Origin: a virus
Lineage: Duplodnaviria; Heunggongvirae; Uroviricota; Caudoviricetes
Direction: 5' to 3' (one strand)
Length of the DNA: 64,000 nt
IMG/VR virus record: IMGVR_UViG_3300042887_005798
The position numbers were made by a program, and so were the translations under genes. This document shows positions 1 through 9,675 of the stretch, piece after piece. The notes below the pieces were generated by a model. The model was given only the letters and a program-made list of their open reading frames with translations, had not been told where the DNA came from and searched no databases. How positions within the stretch are numbered: position 1 is the first letter of the stretch; every line of letters begins with the position of its first letter.

Positions 1-35
1 TGCCAGAACTTGAACAAGGTAAAAAATATGACGAG

Positions 36-386
36 TTAAAAAGTATAATTTTTGATAAAGTTAATGAAAAACTTTGAAATTATTTTTCTGTTTTTTGATA
101 TTAAAAAATAACACACAATAAAACACGGTCTGAAAAATAAAGAAGTAGCCCACGCAAATTTTGTTTGGGCTAAAATCTTTAACCAAGCATTGTACCCAAA
201 GAAAACACCTTCTGTAGTCTCAAGCACAACCTGTTTTAAATCATATCCTTTATTTTTAGCTATTTGACTATTCAAATCTACAGCAGTGAGTTTGATGTGT
301 TCAGGTAAATACTTTTTCAAAGAATTTTGGGATTTGATACACAGAGGGCATGCACCATCAAAATATAAAATCCACCTTTCTTTCAT
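36..386 (-). CDS. DCC1-like/DUF393 thiol-disulfide oxidoreductase family protein
   Basis: N-terminal ILYFDGACPLC (DGxCxxC) motif typical of DUF393; ATGA overlap with upstream ORF. Confidence 0.7.
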   Translation of the reverse strand: MKERWILYFDGACPLCIKSQNSLKKYLPEHIKLTAVDLNSQIAKNKGYDLKQVVLETTEGVFFGYNAWLKILAQTKFAWATSLFFRPCFIVCYFLISKNRKIISKFFINFIKNYTF

Positions 387-835
387 ATTTTTATAAATTC
401 AGCTAAATTATTTGCATCATTCAAAGGAACAAATAAAAATTTATTTGTTGAATTAATTAAATCATAGCATTCAAGTAAAGTATTTACATCTTTAAGGCTA
501 AAATAATCACTATAGCTTTCAGAAAACCTCATAGCTGCACAATCTTCATCTAAATCTTCACAAATGAAAAGAGGAGTGAATGTCCCAACATATGCGCCAA
601 TAATATTGAAATCAAACCATTCAATTGCATCTAACTCTGCTTCTTCTATTGATTCGGCAGCACTAGAATTAACTAGGTCTCTTAAAACCATTTCTTTGTC
701 ATAAACAGTGACAATGTGGTACCCATCATCTTCTATCATTGCTAAGCCAACAATTGATGTGTCGTTTACTGGACCATCAAAAAAAATTAAATCAGGGAAT
801 GATTCCCACAGTTTATCTCGCATATCAGTATTCAT
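383..835 (-). CDS. Conserved phage hypothetical protein
   Basis: 150 aa; ...AIEWFDFNIIGAYVG..TPLFI motif that I recognise from large phages; GGAG Shine-Dalgarno 6 nt before ATG. Confidence 0.55.
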   Translation of the reverse strand: MNTDMRDKLWESFPDLIFFDGPVNDTSIVGLAMIEDDGYHIVTVYDKEMVLRDLVNSSAAESIEEAELDAIEWFDFNIIGAYVGTFTPLFICEDLDEDCAAMRFSESYSDYFSLKDVNTLLECYDLINSTNKFLFVPLNDANNLAEFIKI

Positions 836-1208
836 ATATATCTCCGAATCTATTATTTATTGTATCAATCAGAAATTTATATGTTTTTGGAGCTGTAACA
901 TTAAGTTTTGCAAGTCCAGTCCCCAGTCCATCTATAGGGAACACAATCTGTGAAAAATTCTTTGGGATATTATCTATTGCAGATAAAATAATTTGGCAAT
1001 TATCATCATACTCACTATCATAAAAAAATGAATTTTGTGACATTGAAGGGTGCTTTTTTGTTGGAATTCCATAAGCGTTGAAATGGTCACGTATTATAGC
1101 TTGACCACCTTTACCCACTTTTAAAAGATTGTCACCAAAAATAAATACACAATCTGGATTAGATTTTACTAATTCTTCAGTAAACCACTTCACTTTTTTA
1201 ACATTCAT
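825..1208 (-). CDS. Conserved phage hypothetical protein (FIFGDN..G.GGQA..R..NAYGIPTK family)
   Basis: 127 aa ORF carrying this recurrent phage motif; CGTATAAT 5 nt upstream of ATG. Confidence 0.55.
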   Translation of the reverse strand: MNVKKVKWFTEELVKSNPDCVFIFGDNLLKVGKGGQAIIRDHFNAYGIPTKKHPSMSQNSFFYDSEYDDNCQIILSAIDNIPKNFSQIVFPIDGLGTGLAKLNVTAPKTYKFLIDTINNRFGDIYEY

Positions 1209-1214
1209 GAATAA

Positions 1215-1553
1215 TTATACGGTTTCTTTCTTCCAAAGATTTTCTGAACCAGGAACTTTTTCAGACCACCACAAAGAGTGAGTTTTTTTCTGATTGTGAA
1301 AATGATCATACCAATGTGCTTCCGAGCCATTAAGTAGAAAGAATTTTACTTTTGGTATACCAATAAAATTCTTTTCTCTCAAAAAACTAACACCATCTTC
1401 ATTTAGTGTATCGTCTTCTACCAATTTGATTACATATGAATAACATGGTCTAAAATTACAATTTTCTTTAATGTGCTCTAAAGCTTCCTCAGGAGTATGA
1501 GCAAAACAATGAGTACTAAAATTTTTTGTATTTAAATGGTAAAGGTTTGTCAT
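1215..1553 (-). CDS. Hypothetical protein
   Basis: 112 aa ORF, ATGA-coupled to upstream ORF. Confidence 0.5.
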   Translation of the reverse strand: MTNLYHLNTKNFSTHCFAHTPEEALEHIKENCNFRPCYSYVIKLVEDDTLNEDGVSFLREKNFIGIPKVKFFLLNGSEAHWYDHFHNQKKTHSLWWSEKVPGSENLWKKETV

Positions 1554-1813
1554 GATCTTTTTATAGCAGGAGGGAAATTAGTTTCAGCCCATAAGGTAAC
1601 AGCATCTACTACCGTTTGATCTGTCCATTCATGAGTGTAATTTTCTGGATTTAAAACAGACACCCATGAATTTTGTGGAGCTCCAGAAACAAAGGCATTT
1701 ACCCACATTTCATCAGGATTTTCTAAGACTTGTAAAATCTTGAAAGTGTTTGTGGTAATAGCAGCTTGTACTTCTACTTCATTTTGTAAGGTGACAATCG
1801 GATATTCTGACAT
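1550..1813 (-). CDS. Hypothetical protein
   Basis: 87 aa ORF tiling between neighbours. Confidence 0.5.
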   Translation of the reverse strand: MSEYPIVTLQNEVEVQAAITTNTFKILQVLENPDEMWVNAFVSGAPQNSWVSVLNPENYTHEWTDQTVVDAVTLWAETNFPPAIKRS

Positions 1814-1837
1814 AATATTTTATTCTTTAGTATTGTA

Positions 1838-3070
1838 TTAAGTGCCTTCTTGCCAGCTATTAATGTAGTTGAATTGCTCTTCAGTAAGTTCATCAATTTG
1901 CAAATCTAAGGATTGCAGTTTAAGTTCAGCAACAAGTTGATCAATATCCGCTGGCACTGTATACAAGCCTGGTTGCAAATTTGAATCTGCACATAAAAAT
2001 TGTGCACATAAAGCTTGGTTAGCGAAAGACATATCCATAACGCACGACGGATGTCCTTCTGCACACGCAAGATTTACAAGCCTTCCTTCACCAAGTACAT
2101 AAATTTTTCTACCTTCTTCTAAGGTATATTCTTCTATATTATCTTTTACAGGTCTAAAGCTTAATGAAAATTCTTCTAAACCTTTAATGTTTATTTCAGA
2201 ATCAAAATGACCAGAATTGCATAAAATTGCTCCATCTTTCATTTGTTTGAAATGTTTAACGTCAATAACATTTTTGTTACCAGTCACAGTAATGAATATT
2301 TCACCACAAGCAGAAGCTACATCCATTGTTAAAACATCAAATCCATCCATGTGAGCTTGCAATGCTTTAATTGGATCCACTTCAGTAATAACCACTCTAG
2401 CGCCCATACCTTTGGCTTTAGCAGCTAAACCTTTTCCACACCAACCATACCCAGCCACTACCACTACTTTTCCAGCAAGAAGAATATTTGTCGCACGTAT
2501 AATACCATCTATTGTTGATTGTCCTGTGCCATACTGATTATCGAACATATGTTTTGTGAGGGCATCATTAACACAAATAATTGGATATTTCAAAATGCCA
2601 TCTTTTTCCATAGCAGTGAGTCTTTGAACTCCTGTAGTAGTTTCTTCGGTTCCACCAATTACGTTTTCTAAAAGAAGTGGCTCTTGAGTATACAAATAAT
2701 TGACCAAATCGCAGCCATCATCCATAACAAGATGTGGCTTGTAACTCAAAACTTTTTTGATATGAGAATAGTAGGATTCAGTGTCATCACCATGTTTGGC
2801 AAATACATGAATATTATCTTCAGAATTGAGAGCCTCAACTACGTCATCTTGTGTAGAAAGTGGATTGGAAGCACAAAGATAAATTGTAGCCCCTCCCGCA
2901 GCTAAAGTTTTAATTAGATTTGCTGTTTCAGTGGTGATATGCATACAAGCAGCAACACTTTTCCCAGTGAAAGGTTGTTCTTGGAGAAATTTTTGATAGA
3001 TTGATTCAAGAACAGGCATTTCTCTTGCTGCCCATTCAATTCTAAGTTTTCCTTTTTCAATTAATGACAT
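1838..3070 (-). CDS. ahcY: Adenosylhomocysteinase (SAH hydrolase)
   Basis: ACMHITTETA, SNPLSTQDD, EETTTGV, FDNQYGTGQS, GYGWCGKG NAD-binding motif, GHFDSEI, GRLVNL..GHPS motifs. Confidence 0.97.
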   Translation of the reverse strand: MSLIEKGKLRIEWAAREMPVLESIYQKFLQEQPFTGKSVAACMHITTETANLIKTLAAGGATIYLCASNPLSTQDDVVEALNSEDNIHVFAKHGDDTESYYSHIKKVLSYKPHLVMDDGCDLVNYLYTQEPLLLENVIGGTEETTTGVQRLTAMEKDGILKYPIICVNDALTKHMFDNQYGTGQSTIDGIIRATNILLAGKVVVVAGYGWCGKGLAAKAKGMGARVVITEVDPIKALQAHMDGFDVLTMDVASACGEIFITVTGNKNVIDVKHFKQMKDGAILCNSGHFDSEINIKGLEEFSLSFRPVKDNIEEYTLEEGRKIYVLGEGRLVNLACAEGHPSCVMDMSFANQALCAQFLCADSNLQPGLYTVPADIDQLVAELKLQSLDLQIDELTEEQFNYINSWQEGT

Positions 3071-3144
3071 GATGTTTACCGATTATCAATAAATTTTAAC
3101 AAATACAAGAAAAATTTTTTGACATAATTATTATACGAGAAAAC

Positions 3145-3543
3145 TTAAATGTTTGATGTTTCTTTGTCTTGATTTTTAATCATCTTTTGTGCTGTAATAA
3201 TTAAATCAACAATTAGCTCTGTACTTGATTCATGGTTAAGATAATCTAAAATATTCCATTCTTGTGTATGAGTGCCTTTAGCACAATCTGGTGGAATGCC
3301 TTTGCATATAAACCCTTCTGGAAATTTTGCTTCACTTAAATCTTGGACAGATATAGGTTCACGTATCCAGCCACCTTCTCTGTAGTAAAAATCAGCTATG
3401 TTGCGAGTTAAACCATCATGAGTTAAAAAATAAGTATTCCCACGATTCATATACCATATATATCCATCTTTTGTTTTTTGTTTTGCGGGATAAGGACCAT
3501 AATAATTAAAATGTTCTGTATGTGATTTGTCTATTAAATGCAT
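3145..3543 (-). CDS. Hypothetical protein
   Basis: 132 aa ORF, no recognised motif. Confidence 0.5.
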   Translation of the reverse strand: MHLIDKSHTEHFNYYGPYPAKQKTKDGYIWYMNRGNTYFLTHDGLTRNIADFYYREGGWIREPISVQDLSEAKFPEGFICKGIPPDCAKGTHTQEWNILDYLNHESSTELIVDLIITAQKMIKNQDKETSNI

Positions 3544-3549
3544 AAGCGG

Positions 3550-3756
3550 TTACCAGGTGTAGTTTTTATTTAAATTATCAACAGTTACGATTAAAGTTTT
3601 TCCAGAACCATTAGATAAACGCACCTTAAATTCGTCAGGAATTTGTTTTTTCACAGAGGAAAAAGATGTAATTAGATCTGTTATCATCCAATTCTTGGAT
3701 GTTTTTTTGTTTTTGACCATTAAGCCAACTCTTAAGCCTGAAAATTGTGTCTGCAT
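3550..3756 (-). CDS. Hypothetical protein (small, possibly beta-barrel)
   Basis: 68 aa ORF with AGGAG SD upstream. Confidence 0.55.
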   Translation of the reverse strand: MQTQFSGLRVGLMVKNKKTSKNWMITDLITSFSSVKKQIPDEFKVRLSNGSGKTLIVTVDNLNKNYTW

Positions 3757-3786
3757 CTTTTTTCTCCTTTTTCATTGATATATTTA

Positions 3787-4722
3787 TTATACGTAAGAAT
3801 TACACAATTCTGAAATAGATTTAAGAATAATATCTTTGCCTTTTATTTTTGGTTGCCATGTTACCCAGGCTTGAATGAGCCCACAATTCATACAATATCG
3901 CAGATCATGCCCAGGTCTGTTTTCTTTATCTGTGATAGTTAAATTAGGATAAAATTCTTTTATGATATTAACAATTTCATTAATTGAAAACTTAGCATCT
4001 GTGCCCACATTAAAAATGTTATTAAGCATTCCTTTAGTAAGAACAGCGTAAATTGCTTCTGCATGATCAGTGACATGAATGTACTGCCTAATTGCTTCTC
4101 CGTTGCCATAAACTGGCAAAGGTAAATTGTTTTTAGCATTGTACACAAATTTAGGAATTAATTTCTCGTTGTTCTGTCTTCCACCCACAGTGTTGCAACC
4201 TCTTGTGATTGTGTACTTTAAGCCATAGGTGCGCCCATATGCAATAACTAATTGCTCAGAGGCCGACTTAGTAGCAGAATAAGGAGAAGAGCAATTAATA
4301 GGATCAGTTTCTGTAGACCTTTTTGTTCCCCATATATCTCCATACACTTCATCAGTAGAAACTAAATGAAACCAAATGTTTTTGTCTTTGCATTTTTCCA
4401 AAAGATTATATGTCCCCACAACATTTGATTGAACAAATGAAAATGGGTTTGTTACACTTCTATCTACATGTGTTTCAGCCGCAAAATGAACAATTGCCTC
4501 AATGTCTTCTGGAATAATTAATTGTGGGTTTGAAACATCAAATGGCATGAAATGATAATTTTGATGTTTTTTAAGAGGTCCATGTTCAAGCATGCTTCCT
4601 GTTTTTAATGCGTCATAATTAATTACAAAAATATTTTTTTCTAAGCACAAATCAACAAAATAACTTCCAATAAATCCTGCCCCTCCTGTAACTAAAATTT
4701 TTTTGAACTCTCGTTTTATCAT
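3787..4722 (-). CDS. rmlB: dTDP-glucose 4,6-dehydratase
   Basis: VTGGAGFIG, HFAAETHVDRS, STDEVYG, PYSATK, NEKLIPKF, DRPGHD-like NRPGHDLRY motifs. Confidence 0.9.
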   Translation of the reverse strand: MIKREFKKILVTGGAGFIGSYFVDLCLEKNIFVINYDALKTGSMLEHGPLKKHQNYHFMPFDVSNPQLIIPEDIEAIVHFAAETHVDRSVTNPFSFVQSNVVGTYNLLEKCKDKNIWFHLVSTDEVYGDIWGTKRSTETDPINCSSPYSATKSASEQLVIAYGRTYGLKYTITRGCNTVGGRQNNEKLIPKFVYNAKNNLPLPVYGNGEAIRQYIHVTDHAEAIYAVLTKGMLNNIFNVGTDAKFSINEIVNIIKEFYPNLTITDKENRPGHDLRYCMNCGLIQAWVTWQPKIKGKDIILKSISELCNSYV

Positions 4723-4728
4723 GAATGT

Positions 4729-4743
4729 ATTTTACAGTATAAT
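4729..4743. promoter_or_regulatory. Back-to-back -10 elements of divergent, probably leaderless genes
   Basis: Minus strand TGTAAAAT then 6 nt then ATG(4722); plus strand AGTATAAT then 6 nt then ATG(4750); no SD on either side. Confidence 0.7.
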
Positions 4744-4749
4744 AATTTA

Positions 4750-5385
4750 ATGGCAAAATTAAGTGTAGTTCTTCCAAGTTGGGGTAGAGAAATGCTTACT
4801 CTTAGATTATTGAATTCTATAAGTTTGCAAACTTTAGACGACTATGAATTTTTTTTCTTAGGAGATAAATGCCCTGTTTTTGATAAAATTGTGGCAAGTG
4901 AAGATTTTGCGTTTTTTAAAAAAATTATTGGTGATAGAATGATTGTTAAAAACTTTGACACACATGATGGCACTTCTTGTCAAGCAATTAACTACGCTAT
5001 GAAAAATTGCACTGGTGATTTTTTTATGTTTCTGAGTAATGATGATAATATTTTCAACAATCATTTTGAGCTTTACTATGAGATGTCTGCTAAAAGCGGA
5101 AAAGATTTTGGGCTTTTTAACACGAGTATAGATAGAGGTAATGGAATTCTTGAGTTAAGAGTTCCAGAGCTTGCCCCAAGCAAAATAGGGCATTCAGAAT
5201 TATGTGTGAGTAATGATATGGTTAAAAAATTACCAGCTCACACAAGAAATTATGGTCATGATTGGGAATTTATTGTGAACGCCGTAAATGCTGGGTGTCA
5301 ATACCAATTCATGCAGAACTCTCCAACATATATTGTGAATTTAGCGCCAAGAGAACATAATTGGGAAGCTCAAAGAATAGTTTGA
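4750..5385 (+). CDS. Glycosyltransferase family 2-like (GT-A)
   Basis: LSVVLPSW N-terminus, QAINYAM...GDFFMFLSNDD (DxD-like), GHDWEF. Confidence 0.75.
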   Translation: MAKLSVVLPSWGREMLTLRLLNSISLQTLDDYEFFFLGDKCPVFDKIVASEDFAFFKKIIGDRMIVKNFDTHDGTSCQAINYAMKNCTGDFFMFLSNDDNIFNNHFELYYEMSAKSGKDFGLFNTSIDRGNGILELRVPELAPSKIGHSELCVSNDMVKKLPAHTRNYGHDWEFIVNAVNAGCQYQFMQNSPTYIVNLAPREHNWEAQRIV

Positions 5386-6014
5386 TTTTCAAATCTAACA
5401 AATTCTTTTTTAAGGAATTCATAATCAACAAATTTGTTTTGTATGTCTGAATAACTGTTGAATTGCCATGCAAGATGTGGATAAATAGCAAATGCATTTA
5501 CTTGCGGTTGAACTAATGCATAAATTACATCCACTGGTAAATTTTTATTGTTTGAGATTGTGTCTCTGAGTGGTGCAAAAAGGTTGTTTTTTATACAAAG
5601 TGCATGTGCGGTGTAAGAATGTGAAATTTTATATAAGTTATCTTTTACTAATTCTGGCTTTAGATGATGTGAAGCCCCCAAATATAACATATCAAAATTA
5701 TCAGGAACTACATTTAAAGCTCTGTGTAAATCTTCGTTAAAGCTTTCTGAAAACTCAACATCATCTTCAAAAATAAAAAGTGATTTTTCATTGTTTTTGA
5801 TTGATTTGTTTAATAACTCAATATGTGATAATCTTACACCCTCCTCGCCTTTTAACAACGGACCATTATAATCTAATTCATGTCCATTGATAGCATCAAA
5901 AAAAGAATAAGGAATTTGATATAACTCAAATTGCTTAGCTATGACACTTCTTCTATCCAATCTATGTGCTAAAGATATTACATGTGTGTTATTAAACAAA
6001 TCTAATTTAGTCAT
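5370..6014 (-). CDS. Glycosyltransferase family 25
   Basis: VISLAHRLDRR, FFDAING, GEEGVRLSHI, IFEDDV, YTAHAL motifs; start moved to 6014 (TAATG coupling with upstream gene). Confidence 0.85.
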   Translation of the reverse strand: MTKLDLFNNTHVISLAHRLDRRSVIAKQFELYQIPYSFFDAINGHELDYNGPLLKGEEGVRLSHIELLNKSIKNNEKSLFIFEDDVEFSESFNEDLHRALNVVPDNFDMLYLGASHHLKPELVKDNLYKISHSYTAHALCIKNNLFAPLRDTISNNKNLPVDVIYALVQPQVNAFAIYPHLAWQFNSYSDIQNKFVDYEFLKKEFVRFENQTIL

Positions 6015-6820
6015 TACACTTTCATCCATCTTGATGGAACTAAATCTTTTTCATCGCCATCAACAGCAGGTCCAAACCACACTGGAGGAGCAACTACTTC
6101 GATGTTTTTTTCTGGGAAAAACATCTCAGCTAATTTTGCACCCCACCAAGAAAAAGATGAATTAGCAATAACATGCTTAGTGCAAAAGCTCATAAGATAT
6201 AAACTCATCCAATCTGACTCTTCAATGAAAATAGCTCGCGATTCTACAAAATTCTTGTAGCACCAATCCATATCATTTGTAAACACTAAGATTTTTTCAA
6301 AATCACCAAGTTTCTTTAATGCTTTATGATAATGATCGGTGGGAACAATTGGATGATGATTTGGTAATTGCAAATAATCTCCTCGTCTAATGTGCAAAGC
6401 CACACAATCTAAAGTAAAAAGAAAAGGGTATTTTTCTTTCATGTGGTCAATGATTTCTTCGGTTGGTTGAAAAATTTGTGCTAAATCTTCTTGGCTTTTT
6501 TCAAAATACTTTTCTGATTGAAAATACCCTTTATACAAATTGTAACAATCTGGCTCATAAGGAATTTCTTCAAAATTAAAAGGGCAAAAATGTTGAATTT
6601 GTGCTTGATACAGCAGTGGAGGAGGAGAAATACTGAAATTTCTGAGAATCGTTTTTTCATAAGATTCAATATCAGCTTTATGTTTATCCTTGATAATATC
6701 AAGATTTTCTCTATAATTCAATGTATGAAATGTCGTGTTATTTTCTTTTGCCTTAGCATAGCTGAAGCAAAGTTGAAATAACATGTTGCCTAATCCGCCT
6801 TCTATATATGTAACTACCAT
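6014..6820 (-). CDS. Alpha-1,2-fucosyltransferase-like (GT11)
   Basis: GGLGNMLFQ, GYFQSEKYF, ALHIRRGDY, IANSSFSWWGA motifs. Confidence 0.92.
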   Translation of the reverse strand: MVVTYIEGGLGNMLFQLCFSYAKAKENNTTFHTLNYRENLDIIKDKHKADIESYEKTILRNFSISPPPLLYQAQIQHFCPFNFEEIPYEPDCYNLYKGYFQSEKYFEKSQEDLAQIFQPTEEIIDHMKEKYPFLFTLDCVALHIRRGDYLQLPNHHPIVPTDHYHKALKKLGDFEKILVFTNDMDWCYKNFVESRAIFIEESDWMSLYLMSFCTKHVIANSSFSWWGAKLAEMFFPEKNIEVVAPPVWFGPAVDGDEKDLVPSRWMKV

Positions 6821-7440
6821 TTTTTATCCTTTAAAATAAGATCGCATCCTAAATTTTTAACTACCTCATATTGTTTGTCAAGAACTTCAAAAAGTTTCTT
6901 TGAATCTGCTTCATAATTCACTTCTACAGAAATGATTTTTGGATTGAAATTTTCTAAAATATTTTTTAATATTTTAGATTCACCACCTTCAGTATCAATT
7001 GACAAATAATCAATTGGAGAATTTATAGGAAGGAAATGATCAAGCGTGAACATTTCAACTTCAATTCCAATTTGTTCTCCATTTGATTCATAAGTTTCTT
7101 TGTTTATTCTAAACATATGATTTGCATCATAATAATCTAATACGCCACTGAGCATATCTGCGTTTCCAACTACTTTCAAGAATTGTACTTTTTTATTTTC
7201 ATGTCCAATTGCACAGTTAAAGCATTTAGAGTGAGATCTATTCGATATTAATTTTTGAAAAGCGTCATCTACTGGCTCAAAACAAAAACCTGTCCAACCT
7301 AGTTTTTCAAAAAAGTAACTATTAGAAAGTTTTATTCCATCATAAGCTCCTATATCTACAAATACTCCGTCCGTTTTGTTTTTGAAGAAAGTTTCGTAAA
7401 TATATTGGTCTTGACCGTATTGACTGTAGAATTCGCTCAT
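6814..7440 (-). CDS. FkbM family methyltransferase
   Basis: YSQYGQD, FVDIGAYDG, SNSYFFE, CFEP, LSIDTEGGE; start Met at 7440 or 7443. Confidence 0.9.
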   Translation of the reverse strand: MSEFYSQYGQDQYIYETFFKNKTDGVFVDIGAYDGIKLSNSYFFEKLGWTGFCFEPVDDAFQKLISNRSHSKCFNCAIGHENKKVQFLKVVGNADMLSGVLDYYDANHMFRINKETYESNGEQIGIEVEMFTLDHFLPINSPIDYLSIDTEGGESKILKNILENFNPKIISVEVNYEADSKKLFEVLDKQYEVVKNLGCDLILKDKKW

Positions 7441-7447
7441 CATGTAA

Positions 7448-7457
7448 ATTGTACAAT
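7448..7457. promoter_or_regulatory. Palindromic bidirectional -10 element ATTGTACAAT
   Basis: Perfect palindrome between divergent starts: 6 nt to ATG 7464 (+), 7 nt to ATG 7440 (-). Confidence 0.75.
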
Positions 7458-7463
7458 ATGTAA

Positions 7464-8174
7464 ATGGATTTTACTTTTGGAATTTGTGTGACTAAAGAAA
7501 ATAAACACTTACATCCAATTATTTATAATCAAATTAAAAATCAGAAAATACCAAATAAACAAATAATATTCATTGGAGATATCTATGATAATTTGAACAA
7601 AGATTGGTTATGTGAAAACCTCTATGATGATTATATTCATTTTGACGAAACACAAAAAACTGGATGGATCACAAAGAAAAAAAATTTGATTGTAGAAAAC
7701 GCAAAATATGAAAATATAGTTTTAATGCATGATTATATTGTTTTAGAAAATGGCTGGTATGAAGGATTTTTAAAGTTTGGTAATGACTTTCAAGTGTGCA
7801 TGAACCGTGTACACAATCTCGATGGAAAAAGAAATATAGATTGGTTGGTTTATTATCAAGATTATCAGTTGCCAAATGCCGAACAACTCTTACCTTATGA
7901 TCAAGAGTTTTCAAAAATTATGTACATTCCTGGGTTTTATTGGGTGGCAAAAAAAAATGTAATGCAAGAATTTCCGCTTAATGAAAATTTGATATGGGGT
8001 GAGGCAGAAGATGTTGAATGGTCAAAAAGAGTGAGGAGTAAATATAAATTTACTATGAATTCCCATTCTGCTGTTAAATTTCTTAAACAAAAAGAATATG
8101 TTTTAAATGAAATGAGCAAAGAATCGTTAAATTTGGTAAAAAACTTTTATAATAATTACTTCGGTGAACAATGA
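7464..8174 (+). CDS. Putative GT-A fold glycosyltransferase (paralog of 20349..21035)
   Basis: MDFTFGIC start, WITKKKN..ENIVLMHDYI (DxD-like), EDVEW motif. Confidence 0.65.
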   Translation: MDFTFGICVTKENKHLHPIIYNQIKNQKIPNKQIIFIGDIYDNLNKDWLCENLYDDYIHFDETQKTGWITKKKNLIVENAKYENIVLMHDYIVLENGWYEGFLKFGNDFQVCMNRVHNLDGKRNIDWLVYYQDYQLPNAEQLLPYDQEFSKIMYIPGFYWVAKKNVMQEFPLNENLIWGEAEDVEWSKRVRSKYKFTMNSHSAVKFLKQKEYVLNEMSKESLNLVKNFYNNYFGEQ

Positions 8175-8800
8175 ATCATATAATCAATAATTATTTTGAA
8201 AACGTATTTGTAATTGCTCACCCTGAGTCTCAAAGATTTCAAGCATTTAATGAAAGATGGGAAGGTTTAAATTATAGATTGTGTCAATTTGTAATGCAAG
8301 GTTTGAATTGTGTTTCTAAAGATGGCTTAGCCGTACATAATCTACCAAGTATACCTAATGATATTCCTTTGCTTGATCCATTAAGTGATGGTCAAGTTGC
8401 TTGTGCTTTGGCACACATGTTGATTTATCAAATAATTGCTAATGAAAATTTAAGTAATTGTTTGATTTTAGAGGACGACTCTGTTTTTAATACATTATCA
8501 AATTTAGAAATTGCTTTAAATTCTGATTATGATATTTTGGCATTGTTCACAGCTGATTGTGATTTGTACACTACTCCGCATTTAGCAAGTCCGTACACTG
8601 ATAAATATACAAGAGCTGGAACTTCAGCTTATGTTATCAGAACGTCTAATATAGCTTGTGATCTTTATGAATCGCAAGTTAAAAAAATGAATACAGCGGA
8701 TGGTGTAATCATGAGGAGTGATAAAAAGATTTATGCTGTTTATCCTCCAGTGTGTTCTTGTGATGACTCACCTTCAATTATAGTTAATGGGTTTTATTAA
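8171..8800 (+). CDS. Glycosyltransferase family 25-like
   Basis: GQVACALAHM..CLILEDDS..GTSAYVI motifs. Confidence 0.75.
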   Translation: MNHIINNYFENVFVIAHPESQRFQAFNERWEGLNYRLCQFVMQGLNCVSKDGLAVHNLPSIPNDIPLLDPLSDGQVACALAHMLIYQIIANENLSNCLILEDDSVFNTLSNLEIALNSDYDILALFTADCDLYTTPHLASPYTDKYTRAGTSAYVIRTSNIACDLYESQVKKMNTADGVIMRSDKKIYAVYPPVCSCDDSPSIIVNGFY

Positions 8801-8802
8801 AT

Positions 8803-9675
8803 ATGAAAAAATTAAAAGTATGGTTCGATAGTTTCTGGGGCACCTTCGATAAGAAGGATAACTTTTTTGTTTGGGTTTTAAGCCAAACACATGACGTAGA
8901 AGTGACAAGTGAAAATCCTGATATTATTTTCACTGATTCACCTAATTTCCAAAAAAATGGCAATGCTAAGGCTGTCTATTTTAGCGGAGAGCCTTTTTTC
9001 AACTCAGGCGCATGTGATTATGCACTTACTTCATTTTATGTGGACAGTGAGACACATTTAAGGCTACCTTTGTATCCGCTATATGCCTATGATTTATGGA
9101 AATTCGGAATAACAAAATCTTATAAATCAATTTTAACAAGAGATTACACAAAAGAAATTTTAAATGAAAAATCTAAACTGATTACATACATTTCACAAGG
9201 TGCGGGTGGCAAATGTCCCAGAGAAGCAATTGTTAATCATTTTTTGACCAGGATGCATGTTGACTGTGCAGGTAGACACATGAACAACCACCCAGTCATA
9301 CCAGGAGAGCCTGGTGCCATTACAGGATCACAAGCTAAAATTGATTTTCTTAGACAATACAAGTTTTGCTTTGCTATTGAAAACAATGATGAATTCAATG
9401 GCTACAAAGGGTACACTACAGAAAAGATTTTTGAACCAATGATAGCAAATTGTATTCCTATTTATTGGGGCAGTGATTTGATTAATGATGACTTTAATAG
9501 CGAAAGTTTTCTTAACGTTAAAGCATTCAAAGATTTTGATGAACTTGCAGATAAAGTAATTGAAATTAACAACGACAAAGACCTATATATTTATTATTTG
9601 ATGCAACCTTATGTCACATATAATAAATATTTTGATATAGATTATCTTGTTGAATTATTCGGCAAGATTATTTAA
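8803..9675 (+). CDS. Alpha-1,3-fucosyltransferase-like (GT10)
   Basis: FLRQYKFCFAIEN..GYTTEKIFEPMIANCIPIYWG, the GT10 signature. Confidence 0.92.
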   Translation: MKKLKVWFDSFWGTFDKKDNFFVWVLSQTHDVEVTSENPDIIFTDSPNFQKNGNAKAVYFSGEPFFNSGACDYALTSFYVDSETHLRLPLYPLYAYDLWKFGITKSYKSILTRDYTKEILNEKSKLITYISQGAGGKCPREAIVNHFLTRMHVDCAGRHMNNHPVIPGEPGAITGSQAKIDFLRQYKFCFAIENNDEFNGYKGYTTEKIFEPMIANCIPIYWGSDLINDDFNSESFLNVKAFKDFDELADKVIEINNDKDLYIYYLMQPYVTYNKYFDIDYLVELFGKII

